A stretch of DNA of 64,000 nt from Callorhinchus milii (lineage: Eukaryota), in contig NW_024704743.1 of assembly GCF_018977255.1 (NCBI RefSeq), forward strand, positions 6,388,001-6,452,000, read 5' to 3'. Both the position numbers and the translations under genes were made by a program. The notes below the pieces were generated by a model. The model had not been told where the DNA came from, made no database searches, and worked only from the letters and a program-made list of their open reading frames with translations. The number at the start of each line of letters is the position of its first letter. Position 1 is the stretch's first letter. Shown here piece after piece: positions 36,901-51,080 of the stretch.

Positions 36901-39900
36901 CAGAAAATATTTTGCTTCATGCCAAATCTATTTTGAGGTGTTGAGCAGCAAATACCCTCTTGCAAAACATAACTAAGGCTTGATTTGTTATGCTCGGTCA
37001 TGGGTTGTTGGCGGCAATCAGTTTAGATAATCACAACTGTGATGACCGCAGCTTTTTTTTGTGTAACTTTATTTACAAAAAGCATCTTGGGACATCCTAC
37101 CAATGTGAAAGGCACTGTACAAATGGTTATTTGTATTGTAATTTCGAAAGCAACATAGAAGTATCAACAAACTAGGTTTGAATAAATACTGGAATTCAAA
37201 AAATAGGTGGTAACTGCTAACTCCATACCGGCCTGTCTGCTCTCTCCGCTCGACAGACTCTGGCCTGTTCCACGTACCCTGTCCTGCCCATCCACCATTG
37301 GCAGTCGGGCCTACAGCCTTTCTGCCCCGATCCTTTGGAACTGCATCCCACAGTCCTTTTTTTCTGCTCCTTTGCCTCCTTCAAGGCCCGTCTCAAGACT
37401 TTCCTCTTCGACCGTGCCTTCGGTTACCCTCCTTCCCCTGCCCTCCAACCCCTCCACATCCCAATCCCCAGATTTGGGATTTCCTACTGACTTGAAAGGC
37501 GCTGTACAAACATAGGTTGTTGTTGTATGGGAAAGCAGGATGCAAACTAACATTTATCACCACTTCAAAGAAACCATGATGTGAACTCCACCAAGTAGAA
37601 CAACATCATCTGCATGCTACACTACATACTGCTGCACTTCCTCTTTCAGGCTCACCGCATTCAGTGATTCTACTTATCATATGATCTATCCCCATATTAA
37701 ATGGGTAACAAAAAGCAGCGGAACAACTTACTTTTTATAGTGACTTATCTAGGATAAAAATGGCTTGAAACGCTTTGCAATAATAATAATCCTTGCATTT
37801 TGATATAGCGCCTTATCACGTCTTTGAGACGTTTCAAAGCGCTTCACAAAATATACTGCGTGAAGCCAATTGCGCGGCAGCCAGAAACACTTGTGGTACC
37901 GAGAGACCAAATTATTTATTTTTGATAGGATTATTACCCCCGGAAAAGTGATCCGTCAATCGATTAACAGCCGGGTTTCTACTACTATTAGATAAACAGA
38001 GACGGGCGGAATACGGAAACTTGGTCAATGTTTTGTCCCCCTGGGAATCGAGCCCAGGTCCTCTTGCTTGCGAGGCGAGTGCTCTAACCATTAAGCTACA
38101 GGACTCCACGAGTGGGGGTGGGGGGCGGATTTGTGCAGGTTTACAATTACAAATGTAACATCAAACTTTGTTCCATAAAAGGAAATTAACTATCTCCATC
38201 TGAACAGCACAGGTAACTTCGCACAACAAGCTCTCATACAACAAAAAAATACACTTTAAATTTATTGTGCAGTCTATTATACCTGTTAATGCATGTTAAT
38301 ACTCGCATCTGATCTGGGCTTCTCCCCCCTTCCTTTTCAGCCAGGCATCTGATCAGCCTTCAGTTTTATTTATTTGGAACAGTAAAACGCAACAACACGC
38401 ATTGAATAATATTTCAAGGAAATATCGAGAATTGGGGCTGCCGTAATAATAATCTTTGCATTTTATACAGCTCCTCGCGTTTATCACGTCTTCGAGACGT
38501 GTCAAACTGCTTTACAGAATATACTGTAAAGTGAATTGACTGTATATTCTGTGAGTGAAAAGCGGCAGCCAATTGCAAATGTGGGCTGATGACTGGCAAA
38601 TTAAGTTCAATACAGATAAATGCATTGCACTGCACATAGGAAGTAAGAAGAGGAGATACATGCAGCAATAAGCAATTTTGGATGTAAGGGAGTTGCCCAA
38701 GCCCTAAAGGCAGTGTAGAGGAGAGATGATCCTGAGTGTTAGAGAAATTAACTACAAACAATGATTAGACAAGTTTGGACTTAGTCTTTAAAGGTGATGT
38801 CTTAGAAGATATATAAAAAATATATAAATGAGATTGAGACAGCAAAATAAGAACAACAAGATTACATTTGTATAGCACCTTTCAGGTCGGGAGAACGTCC
38901 CAAGGCGCTGGACAGAGGACAGGATTTCAGCCCCGAGCTGGGGTTGGGGGTTTAGGGTTCCAAAGCACAATTTCAGGACAGGTATCAGAAAAATTCTTTA
39001 CCCACAGCATAATTAATGACTGCAACAGGTTATCAGAAAGGTTAGTTTAGGTTCGAATGCTGAACTTACTTTTCAAAAAAAAAACAGGCTCTGCGGGACC
39101 TATCACCCCCATCCTCACCTGACTCCACTGGTTACCCATCACTTGGAGGATACAGTTCAAGATCCTGGTCCTCACATTCAAAGCCCTATCTGCCCGCACG
39201 CTCTGGAATTCCATCCCACAGTCCCTCTGTCTCGGCCCCTCCCTTGCCTCCTTCAAGACTGGTCTCAAGACGCTCCTCTTCGACTGTGCCTTTGGTCACC
39301 CTCCTACCCCTACCCTCCCTGCCCCCCACCCCTGCTGATCCCAACCACCAGCTCGGGTGTGGATCTCTGACTGTCCGGCGCCTTGGGATGTCCTCCTGAC
39401 ATGAGGGCGCTATACAAATGTAATTTGTTGTTGTTATTATGATCTGGTCAGCAAGCGAGTCAATCTTGATATCTGAAGCTGCATTGAATTTCCAGCAGAT
39501 TTTCAGGCTGACGGACGTTCATGTGTGTTACTCAGGAACAATACAACAAACATTTTTGCCGAAACAGACTGTTGCTGTACAATTATTGTACTCTTGTTTC
39601 TGTTCCCTTCTTTGTGTCATGCTGCCAGTTTCCAACCCTGAAGCACTTTCTTCAGACTGTCTGGATGAAATGGTGAAGCTCTTTCTTCACCCCATTTGTT
39701 TTGCCTTTAAAAATACTTCAGCAACCATTCAAGGCATTTCCTCCAGTTCCACTTTCCTGATCACGCTTTCTCTCTTGCTAACGGTCAACTTTGCTTTTAG
39801 CTTTGTTACTTTTCTTGCTCAGTTGTGAACTATGGTGCAAACAGGACCAACGATTCGCTTCCTGATCAAAATTTCCTGAGACAACTGTTACCACCACAAT

Positions 39901-40676
39901 TGCACTAGTGTCTAAGTGTTAGTATATTTAATGGACTGAATATCAAATGTTCCTGTTCTTGATTTAAAGTTAATTTGTATAAACGTTGTGGTGTCTTGCC
40001 TTATTGGGTCAGGAATCTTGACTGCTACTTTCACCCTCAAAGCACTGTACAATATAAAGCTGTGAAGGGCTTGGGCATCATCCAATTGCAAAAGGAATTA
40101 TTGCAAAATACAAGAATCATACAGATCAGTGATGTTTCGGGCTTCATACTTGCTTAATTAACACATTTAAGGCTTGGTAATGATATGGTCACAACAGTGA
40201 CTTCAGTGATGCAAGCAGGCTAGGTGGAAAGGAGATTTAAAATATCTGTGATGGTTCAATTTCCAGTCACTCCTGCTAAACATTGGGTGTGGACAGGATT
40301 GGGCTGGACTGTTATTGACTGTCTCGATTTTTTACTACAATGACTGCTCGGGCAAGATTCTAGATTGCTACTGGTGCACGTGGAGATTAACTTCAGCGTG
40401 ACTTGCCTCTTTCGGGATAGGGGAAGGGAAAATACAGTAGTTGCCAGCAGAGTTTTATGAAGCTTGTAATATGATGTCAATTCTTTCAGCTTTAAATTGG
40501 CAGTACAGTATCTCCAGAGGCACATCACCTGATACAACTGTAACCTTTAGCTATGAACATGCAAAACAAATCGCTTATGTCGAGGCCTTCGTAACTGTTT
40601 TCAAGTTATGCAACCATCACACTGACTGATTTTGCATAAGCTATTGGCCCCCAATGTATTTTATATTATATATATG

Positions 40677-40953
40677 TGGAGTCCTGACCTGAGTTCAATT
40701 CCAGGCCGGGCGAAACCTTGGGCAAGTTTCCTTACTCCACACACCTAATAATAATCCCTCCAAAAAACAAAACAATAATAAATTGGTCATTTTCAATCTA
40801 CGACTGTATGTGGGACATTGCTGTGCGCAATTGGCTGCCGCGTTCGCCCACAAATATACAGTCAATTCACTTTACAGTGTGTTCTGTGAAGCGCTTTGGG
40901 ACGTCCTCCTGACGTGAAAAGCGCTATATCAAATGCAAGGATTATTATTATTA
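40677..40953 (+). mobile_element. Young SINE copy with internal head deletion
   Basis: ggagtcctg joined directly to acctgagttcaattcc; body and tail as 49893-50227. Confidence 0.9.
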
Positions 40954-42018
40954 TAAGGTATGCATAAAGAAAATGCAAACTAAATATGACCTTGAAACGA
41001 GCATATTCAATTCAGAACTAGTGTAGTATGAATTACAGAGCTACCAGAATAGAGTAAAACTTATAGTGTATAAGTCTTATCTTTATAAATTATATGAGTC
41101 GTACATGAAACTAAGTCGCATTCAGTTTCCTATCAGAACCACTTAGATTTCTTTGCACTACTCATATTAATCACTTCTGAGCTTGTAATGCCGCTCCTCT
41201 ACCCTCCATTACTCCCGCAATTACCAATTGCATTGAATTGTAGGAAATGACTCCATGACCCGTTGACGCATATGCACTTACCAGCCGGCTACATTGAATC
41301 ACGACAACAAATTGATCTGTTGACGCATGCAGAGCAGAACTTCATTTCTGATAATTTAATGCAATTCCAATGCTTGCCGGTAACTGCGCCTGCGGCATTG
41401 GGTCAATGTTGGGACATTGAATCACAGGGAAACTTAGTCTTGACTCGTCACTGCATGCGCACCTAATGGTTACAGTGACTAAGTATGGAATGCACATTTA
41501 CCAGCTGCATTGAATTATAAATGCGCAGTGTAGATTATTGATTAAATTGGTTTTTATACGACTTGTATAGTTTGGCAGGAACTCGGACTTCGCGTAAGTC
41601 ATATTAAATGGTTTGGTCCCGATTGATGCAACTTGTGTGAGTCTACTGCATGTAAAGCTACTTTATATAGGGAGTAGTAAATTGTAATAAATCATCAAAC
41701 CTTTTTCCACACATGCATAGCTATTAAATTAGACATACCTTCTACTATATATGTTATTTTTGAAGAAGAAATCTCTTGTTTAAATGCCTACTACACAAGT
41801 GAAGCATCATGGTGTTGATATTTTACTGAGCAATAAGAATTTTATTGCATAATCGCATGTCACTTCTGTGAGTTTTCTCAGAGTTGTTTGACCCTTAGTT
41901 ATCTCCACACAATTATGAAATTCTACAATTTCAACAATTCTGAAAATGTATGTTAGACATCAGTAAAATCTTTGAGATTTATGTGTCATATAACGCTCTT
42001 TTCTATTAATCTTTACAG

Positions 42019-42074
42019 TCTGCTGCTACGGTTTACAGATGATACCTTCGACCCAGAGCTTGCTGCAACAATTG
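42019..42074 (+). CDS. RAB18: RAB18 coding exon 2 (LLLRFTDDTFDPELAATIG)
   Basis: Acceptor ctttacag|, donor |gtaagt; 56 nt; phase-compatible with exons 1 and 3; switch I region. Confidence 0.98.
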
Positions 42075-42689
42075 GTAAGTTTATTTTTGTAATAGGTTAG
42101 AATTATTGCATAGTTTTCATTAGGATCATTAAGTAGTGCCTTGATTTTGAAGATTAAGTTCAGACTTTAAGAATATATCAATGTCATAATAGGAATTGTG
42201 GTAAAACTGGGTGAAAGTATTATAGTTTGTATGCGATAACTGCTATGGTATAGTACTAAATATTAATACAAGGTATAGTACACTATTTTATTGTAATATT
42301 ATTGCTCTTGGACTTATTTAAAGTTGTTGGGTGTCAACATGGGTGGGGTAGGAAATGGAACACCTTTCCATTTTTGGCACCCAAACACTCCCAGATCAGG
42401 AGAAGAATAAAACACTAGATGGAGAGTTTCGCTCAATTTGTATTAAATTCTTTGTGGAGATGAGTGATTCTTCATCTTTTCATCTTACCTAGATGTGAAA
42501 TTGTCTTAATATAAATATGAACTGGTGTATTATTACACACCATAGTGTACACAAAATACACACAAAATACTTTACCGTATATTCTGTGAAGCGCTTTGGG
42601 ACGTCTCGAAGACACTAAATCAAATGCATGGATGATTATTATTACTGACCCATATCATTCAGTCTCTCACATATAATTGTTTTTTTAAA

Positions 42690-42996
42690 ATAATAATAAT
42701 AATAATCCTTGCATTTGATATAGCGCTTTTCACGTCTTCTAGCATCTCAAAGCGCTTCACAGAATATGCTGTAAAGTGAATTGACTTTATTTGTGGGCGA
42801 AACGCGGCAGACAATTGCGCACAGCAGTGTCCCACAAGCAGTCGTGGATTGAAGCGACCAATTTTTTTTTTTTATTTTTCTTGAGGGATTATTATCAGGC
42901 GGGTGGAAACTTGCCCAAGGTTTTGCCTTGCCAGGAATCGAACCCAGGTCTCTTGCTTGCGAGGCAACTGCTCTAACCACTGAGCTACAGGCTCCA
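42690..42996 (-). mobile_element. Full-length SINE copy
   Basis: Same head, body and tail. Further copies or fragments at ~2090-2290, 9663-9850, 13765-13890, 14786-15150, 16720-16860, 17545-18065, 18270-18655, 22045-22385, 31665-31850, 32065-32195, 35990-36087, 37780-38110, 38443-38580, 47132-47223, 57870-57975. Confidence 0.9.
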
Positions 42997-45900
42997 CATT
43001 GAAATTGAAAACATTTTGCATACACTGCTGGAGACATGTACACCGCCGCCCAGTTAAAACACGCTGCACCGTAGTGTACATTTCGTTATAACATGGTTGC
43101 ATTGCGGACCCCATTCACTGCACATGCACACAGCTGACCCGCTTGCTTCCCTTGCGTTGATCAACTTTTCACTCAAAATAGCCAATTTCCAAGTTGTCGG
43201 GTCAGTGCCTCCATCGCATTCTACTTTGCTGGAAGCAACAAGTAATGCGTGCAGCCAAACCCGTTACTGTGCATCGTATAACATAGGATGGGATTCTATG
43301 AATAATGGGACTGTGTGTGTGTTTGTTTGGAAACTAAAAGGTCCATGCATAGACCTATATGTGGGCCTACAACTATAGCTAATGTAGCAAACATGAATAA
43401 CTCTTACTTGGGTAAATTTGAATATTGGATGTTACTCTGCAGTACATAATGCTTTCATCCACACATGTATGTCACTTGAAGAAAAGTGAGAATTTCTTGC
43501 CTAATTTGTTGACATCTTTTACAATCGTTTTAATTGTTCAAAGTAAAAAAAAGTTTTCTATGAATAGTTCATAATGAAACTGGGTTTCTATGCTGAAATT
43601 TGAAACCCTGAACAGATGAAATCTCATTGGGGGGGTGCTACAGAAATCCAGCTTCAAGTACATTCAATCTTGTTTATTGGACAGCTAACTGGAAATTATG
43701 TACAGTTTGCACAACTGACATTTGCTCAGCTCAGTTGAGGACATACAGTGTGGGACATTTCTCTCATTTCTTCTGGGGCTTAGAAAAGATCTAGGTATCT
43801 GGTGGAATGTTGAATGAAATCTTAGCTAAAAGGATTTGAAGCTTCTGTATACAAAGAAGTAAAACAAGCATTGAAGTTCCCTTGCATTATTTTTACCTAA
43901 ATAATAAAGCTAATAAACATAAAAGTTTTTTTTAAAGCAATGCCAGAGTGAGTTCATACTCGTTTAACAATTAAAATAGCTAGCAAAGAGCTAATGTTTA
44001 TTTTGTACAGTGGACCCATCTACAAAACAATCCTATATGATAAATGTTTTCACCATTGTGTATATTAACACTTATTTTTATATTCTAATGCATGTAGTGT
44101 AGACCCAACACAACTTTAGATAATTAATACTGTTACTTTTATTGTTTAATCTGTACATTTTAAATTGTTCTTGAATCCTTACCCTGCATGTAGTAAATAT
44201 TTTTTAAAGTAAATCTATATACTGTAGTTTGGCCTTGGGATGTCCTCCCGACATGAATGTAATTCATGTACACAAATGTAATCTTGTTATTGTTGTTGTA
44301 TAGCAGCTGTTTCCTTTAATGGAGATTCAGCTTCTCCGATTTACTTTGAAAGCATTTTAGGCTAATGGCCATATGTAAGAATAAATCTGTCTCTTAGTAT
44401 GAATGAAAAACTTCTAACTTGAAAATTTAACATAGATTTTAGCTGTGTAATATGTTCCTACTGGAAAAGAAAACTAAAATTTTCCTGCTAGTCATGATGC
44501 TGTATATATTTTTCTAAAAAAAATCCATTCATGGATGTAATCTAATTTCATTGTTCATTTACTGGGTATATTGTGTTTGATCTTATTGATGTGATTGCTG
44601 TTGGACATCCTTTAGTCTCCAGTGTAGTTATCAAATGACTTTTTAAAAGCTTGGTATTTCTTTGCATTCATCCATTGTGAAGTTATTTATATTATATGTT
44701 TGAATAGGTTCATCGGAAAAAGCTAGGGACACTTCTGGCCACAGAGACATTTTCTTGTATTTATTCCCAAACATATTTCAGTGGTCTGAGAAAATCATTA
44801 AAATCATTAATTTTCTTAGAAATTTAAATTCGACAAAAAGTATTAATTTCCTGAATTCTGTATTGCACAAAAACCTGTCAGCAAGCTGGTAGAGTTGTTA
44901 GTGTCTCGGAAGGATTTATTATCAAGAAACAATTCTGCTTTAGAACTAGTGAATTACAGTTTGTTAAGCTTTGCTGCTTCTTATATCTTGAATGACAAGC
45001 TTTGGTATGTATCTGTTCATATATTACTTCACAGGAGCACTTGATTGTTAAAATGCTAATCTTGTTCTTTAATTTATGGTAGAAAGTGGATGGCATCATC
45101 TGAAGGCATCCCCTTTTCAAGGGTTAAATCTTTAGAATTGGATCAGCAATCCAAAAATACAAACCGGGATATTGCTCGTACAGAATGATATTGTACTTGG
45201 TTGTTTGACAAGTCCATTTTCAAAATCACCATCTGACAGTTTCTTGACCAATGGTAGCTTGTTTATGTTGGATTCAGGAGACCTCACAAGAATGTTACAT
45301 TAAGTTTTCTTTACAATATTAAGGCAAATTATTGTCTTAGGCTGTAGAACGTACACCTATTTTTCTCAGGTGACAAAACAAATATTAATTATACCAGAGA
45401 AGACATGAGACCCTTTTGCTTATTGTTTTGTACTCTGAAAAAGGACAGGAGATTTCTGGCATTTTATTGAGCTTCAAAATTCTGACTTTCTTAGTAAAGG
45501 AAAATATCTCAACTTGGAACAGGGTAGTTTACATAAGAACATAGGAATGTGGAGGACTGGAAAAGACCATTGCAGTCCATTTGGCCAATACCAACATTTT
45601 AAAAATAAATAAAATAGTCCTACATGATCCTCCCTCATACTCCTTAATTGATTTTTTTACCAGAAAGCTATCCAATTCCCTCTTGAATTTACTGACACAA
45701 TTTACCTCTGCTGCCTCTCTGAGTATTCTATGCTACATTTTTATCAATCTAATATAATTGAATCTGAACTGTCTGTTTACCTTCCTTCTAAACATATCTG
45801 TTCTTATTTCATTTTTGTTCTGGCTTGGTTTAGACTGCAGTGCTTACACATCTCTTACAATCACCGGTCTACTTTCCAGGGGTAATAATCCCTCAAAAAC

Positions 45901-47354
45901 AAAATTTGGACGAGGAAGTTTAAATTACAAGCAATCTTGTTAACTGAATATAACTTTGCAGTGCTCTGAGATGTTATCCTGTATGAAGGGCAACATAAAA
46001 TTGCAAATTGTTGTCGTTCCTGTTGTACTTCACACAAGGAGAGGATGGTGGATTGAATATTTTCAGTTGGTATCAAGGTACTTAAATGGATTCTTCAGCT
46101 CAGGTCAGCTATTTCCAATATCTGTTTGAATTATTTATAAGACCGGGGCAGACTTCATAGAATTCTTAGTGACGTCTTTCTATCAAGAAGACCTTTTATT
46201 CTGGATGTTCTAATTTGAACATCAGCTGAACCCTTTGAAAGCTTTCACAGAGGGATATACCAGTGGAGGGTCAACTTTGACATTAAAACTTCCTGTGGCT
46301 TCTGAAGGTTGGCAGTCAGAAGAACCAAAGCAGTCCCCCACCCAGTTCTACTTATAGACGCTGCTTGATTGAGGCTGACCCAAATTATTTGGCCTGAAAT
46401 AATTGCCACGTGATGTCACCTGGTAGACGATTTGGCTGAAAACTGCCTATGGTTCATAGGTTCATGGAAAGTTCTTTGAAAGTTGAGCTATTTGCCAGAA
46501 ATTTGAATCTTGGACTGAGCAACATAATGTCCAAACCATTTGAACCATTGTTTTCTTATAAGCTTAAACGTTTTTTAGGCTTATGTTTTGCATATGTTTT
46601 AAGCATATGTTCAACCAGTATGCCCCAAATTTCTGGAACTCCTGGCCTCAATCTCTCCGTTTTACCCCCTCTCTGCTTGTCTTCATAATCAAACCTAAAG
46701 GCCTTCTTGTTCGACTGTATCTTTGACACCTTCCTCCCCTCCCCCCTCTTTCAGCACGGTGTCAACCCACCCTCCTGTTAAACATGTTGCTGTCAGCCTG
46801 GCTCAGTTGGACTTGCCTTTGAGTTTTACATTGGGACTTTCAACTCAAATTTGAAAATCCCAATGTGGGTCTTGATCCCACATATCTGTAATAATAACAA
46901 TAATAATAATCCTTGCATTTGATATAGCGCTTCTAGACGTCATTTGGAATAGATGTTAATCCAAGGTGCCTGTTCAGATAATGTTAAAGATCCTTATGAC
47001 ACTTTTGAAAAGAGAAAGGAGTTTCTTCTCATGGTGCTTTGAAGAATAGTGTTCAATTTTCACATAGCTCTTCAAGGTTTGAAATGGTTAAAAGCTGGGC
47101 AGGGGTTCTCAACATTTCTAGGATATAATACAGTCAATTCACTTTACAGTGTGTTCTGTGAAGCGCTTTGGGACGTCCTCCCGACGTGAAAAGCGCTATA
47201 TCAAATGCAAGGATTATTATTATAATTTTTTTGTAAAGGGTCACAATTTTTATGGAATAGGCAATGGTTACGTAATTACAGACTACTGCTGATGAAATAT
47301 CCAACCAGCCTTTCTCATTGGAAAGACAGACTGGAGACAGGGATTTTTCCACTT

Positions 47355-47727
47355 GGTTCCTGTTAACCCTGCAAACCAATACTAATGGATAGAGTGGGCC
47401 TAGCTGGACAAGCAATGGGAGAGCTTGCCAGACAGTGCTTTCAATGGCAAGCTATGTGGTTTTAGCTGGTTAGATTCCAGCAGTACCCCAACAAATACAC
47501 TGGGGTCCCCAAGCCTTGGCTCTTGCCAACCTGTGCCTATTACTCTCCGGAATTAGGTAAGCAGAATGTATCCCACCAGGGAGAGAGTGTGCATTCCATC
47601 TTAACAAATATCTCTGGAATTTCAATGTGTAGGTGGGATGCATGGAAATCTGTCTGGTTTGGAAACTCTTAAGCATGATGATGGGTTTCTACATGTGTCA
47701 AATACCAGGCTGACCAAAAAAAAAAAA
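47355..47727 (+). mobile_element. Unassigned poly(A)-ended structured retroposon, 3' portion
   Basis: Homologous to 2400-2835, 19385-19630+20356-20452, 32205-32760 and 59110-59355 (-); ends in an A-tract. Confidence 0.7.
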
Positions 47728-48079
47728 TCTGCTCCCTCCATCCCCAAACAACAAAGAAATCATTGTCACGTGGAGTATTTGTTCATCTCTCTGAATTTTT
47801 TTTTTGAAGGTGTGGATTAATTCTGCATCAACTGTTCAGAATCTTTATACCAAATATATGTACCAATATCCAATATTCAGTGGAAGGGAATAAAATACTC
47901 ATCTAGTCTCTGGTTCTGCTTCAGTTGAAGTTTCTAATTTGCAACATTTGCCGGCTAGTTTTCATTTTGTCTTATCAAATGGCCTATCTCGTCTGACTCA
48001 AAATTTTGAAGACCTGTATCAAGTTCTGGGTAAATATTTCATTTGGAAATTAAAATTGAACCTCTTTTCTGTTTTTCAG

Positions 48080-48141
48080 GTGTTGACTTCAAAGTGAAGA
48101 CAATTGCAGTTGATGGAAATAAAGCAAAACTTGCAATTTGG
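48080..48141 (+). CDS. RAB18: RAB18 coding exon 3 (VDFKVKTIAVDGNKAKLAIW)
   Basis: Acceptor tttttcag|, donor |gtgagt; 62 nt; RabF1/RabF2 motifs IGVDF and KLAIW. Confidence 0.98.
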
Positions 48142-49560
48142 GTGAGTTGGAAATGATGAATGGTGCGATGGGTTTGGATTGGTTTATACTTTATTTTCTG
48201 CATACAAAACAATCTCGCATTTAGTCCCAATAAAGCAAACTACATTCATACTCTTGTTATAATGTGGAAGTTTGAGTCCATAAATTCAGACTACAAATTA
48301 TCAGGTCTCCACTACTCGCACATGTGCAACATGCAAGAAGCTAGTGGGCCAGTGGCACTCACCCTTGACCATTATTAATAGTTGCTGAAATGTTGTTGAA
48401 CTTGGGAGGCCTTTGCACCTGTAGGCCCTGTATAGGAAACTGGACAGTCAGAACCAGCAGTTTACTACACTTATACAGAGATTACAAAATTGTGTGTATA
48501 TTATGCAAAAATATCTGCCTGTACACAAAAATTGGGGCACTGTACACCCATCACAGTTTTTACAATCCAAGACTTCTCAATCAAAGTTCTTTGTTTTCTC
48601 ACTTATCTGATCATTGTTAGATAAACATACATAACGCAGACTACACAACTGGCATCACACATCCGATTGACAGATCTTGGTGGGGGTTAGACTGAAATGA
48701 AATGTGATTGGTCTGTGTTACATTTGATCATTTAGAATGTACGCAATCTAATTCACTTTTCTTGGCGCTTTTATTAATTTGTTTCCTTCACAAGCAAAGC
48801 TATTTAGGCCTGGTGGAAAAGGTGATTGGTATTGAGGTCTTATACCAAATAAATGAATATACTTCTGGGTTTCATCTACTTGAATATTTGTTTGAGTAGC
48901 AAACAGCAAAGCATGCGTTTGCCTATCTTATCTGTCTGGTTTCACGATCTGTCAACAGTAAGCCTATTAACAATTGCGCCATTCATTAAACGATTACGAA
49001 TGAGAAGGAGATGTGATGTTCCATTTCACAATAGGTTACTATTCAGATACCAATTTATCTTCAGAACAAATTAGTCCAATTTGTCATAATCAGTCTTGTG
49101 TTCTGCAAATCAAGTGAATCTTTTGGTTTCCTGCTTGAAATTCACACCGTGATCCATGACATTGCTTGTGTCTGCCTGCGACGGTATTGACTGCATACTG
49201 GTAGCCGTCTATTTATAGGAGTTATTTTCAATTCTCCTGTTTGTCATGGATTCTCAAAAAGTAAGTAAAGTCGCTCTGAGAGACTGAGGAAATTTGTAGG
49301 TGGGTTGGGGGCAGGTTTGGATTACTGTTCACTGTAGAGAAAGGATAATTTGATTAGATATCCAAGAATTTCATTCCCTGATTCAAGGTGAGGCATCGTA
49401 TAGTTCTAGATTTACCAACGAATGTGATGACTTCTATCTAGCACTGATAAATTAAGTTGGTAATTCACTTTATGGCTGTTACTGTGGGCGGAGTGGCTCT
49501 GGTCTTAAGGGCGCAGTGTGGCGCAGGGAGTATTGGAATCATGGATGTGGCACGAGAGGG

Positions 49561-49700
49561 AAATCAACTTCTCTGCAAAATTTGTCAAAAAGTAAAGAAG
49601 TTGCTCTGAGAGACTGAGGAACTTTGTAGGTGGGTTGGGGTGAGGTTTGGATTACTGTTCAATTTTTGGCAAATATTTCCACACTCTTCTATTGGCCCTG
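49561..49700 (+). mobile_element. Short 3' terminal remnant of the same hAT family
   Basis: aatttttggcaaatatttccacactcttctattggccctg matches 30440-30480. Confidence 0.7.
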
Positions 49701-49889
49701 CATATGGCTCACTACTGTGACAACCTTTGCTTTTAGCATTGAAGGAGTCCAGAAATCCCAGCCCTTAGGTTGATTGTGTCTGTTACCTTCAAGTAAAGTT
49801 CATTTGGACATAATTTTAGATAATTTCATAGGAAATTTAATCTCCTAGGATTGCATGAGATCATTTTTAAATCTGTATTTTAACAATGT

Positions 49890-49892
<3 letters not shown>

Positions 49893-49920
<28 letters not shown>

Positions 49921-50227
49921 CTTTGCATTTGATATAGCGCCTTTCACGTCAGGAGGACGTCCCAAAGCGCTTCACAGAACACACTGTAAAGTGAATTGAC
50001 TGTATATTTGTGGGCGAACGCGGCAGCCAATTGCGCACAGCAATGTCCCACAAACAGTCGTGGATTGAAAATGACCAATTTATTATTGTTTTTGGTTTTT
50101 GGAGGGATTATTATTAGGCTCTGTGTGGAGTAAGGAAACTTGCCCAAGGTTTCGCCCTCTGCCTGGAATTGAACTCAGGTCTCTCACTTGCAAAGTGAGT
50201 GCTCTAACCACTGAGCTACAGGACTCC
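49893..50227 (-). mobile_element. Full-length young tRNA(Ala-like)-derived SINE with L2-type tail
   Basis: Head GGAGTCCTGTAGCTCAGTGGTTAGAGCACTCACTTTGCAAGTGAGAGACCTGAGTTCAATTCC (box A/B, TGC anticodon-like loop); 3' stem-loop shared with L2; (TTA)n tail. Confidence 0.92.
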
Positions 50228-50549
50228 AAAACATGATAATAATAAACATGAATAAACATGCTGAGCGTTATTTTGCCGCCTGACTTTTATTTGCAGAATG
50301 TCTTAGCAATTCTTGATTTAACAAAGAGTCGTTCTCCACAAAATGTCATATACTGTACTTTGTCATCTGATGTTTGTAGCCACTGGAGGGCGCTTTCAGC
50401 TAAGTTATGGCCTGGACCTCTGCTGATCACTTAGACTTGTACTTGATGAACTGATATTACGTGCATGGGAGAAGATTCTGCCAGATCTAATAACGTTATT
50501 GTAGATATGATAAATGAAGAAACATTCACTGTTGTTGAAGCTTACTTAG

Positions 50550-51080
50550 TACCGTAAAACTTCACCCGAGTCCCATTCAATTTCCTATCAAAAGCACTTG
50601 AGATTTCTTTGCACTACTTGCATTAATCACCTTCTAACTTGTAACTCCACACCCCTGCCCTCCATTACTCTCGCACTTACTTGCTGCCTTGAATCACGGG
50701 AAATGATGTCCTGACCCATCGACACATGAGCACTTACCACTCGGCTGCCTTTGAATCTTGTGAAACATAGTTTTGATCCATCCATCTTGATGCATTGTAG
50801 AAGAACTTCATTTTCCACGATTACTATGCTTGCCATTAAATTCGTATTCATTGACAGGTCAAGACACATTAAAATGTGAGAAATGTAGTTTTGACCTGTG
50901 ACCACATGTGCACTTACCAGCTACAGGGACGAACTATTGCATGCATTAAATTACGCATGCGCATTGATTTAAATCAGATTTTCTACGACTGATACAATTT
51001 GCCTGCAAATGGACGTTGGGTAAATCATATTAAATGTTATGGTCCTGACTGATATGACTTTTGAGAGTTTTACTGTATAA
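50550..51080. mobile_element. Putative MITE, second copy at ~41050-41655
   Basis: The two copies are colinear (ttcctatca..agatttctttgcactac..ccctccattactc..catattaaatg..tggtcc); imperfect termini taccgtaaaact / agttttactgta. Confidence 0.6.

Noticed and set aside
43030..43315. Additional Tigger-like MITE
   Set aside because: CpG-containing cgttataac-type motifs are present, but I could not pair convincing TIRs.
50155..50227. tRNA-Ala gene
   Set aside because: The tRNA-like sequence is the head of a SINE, continuing into SINE body and L2-type tail, and has no proper acceptor stem.
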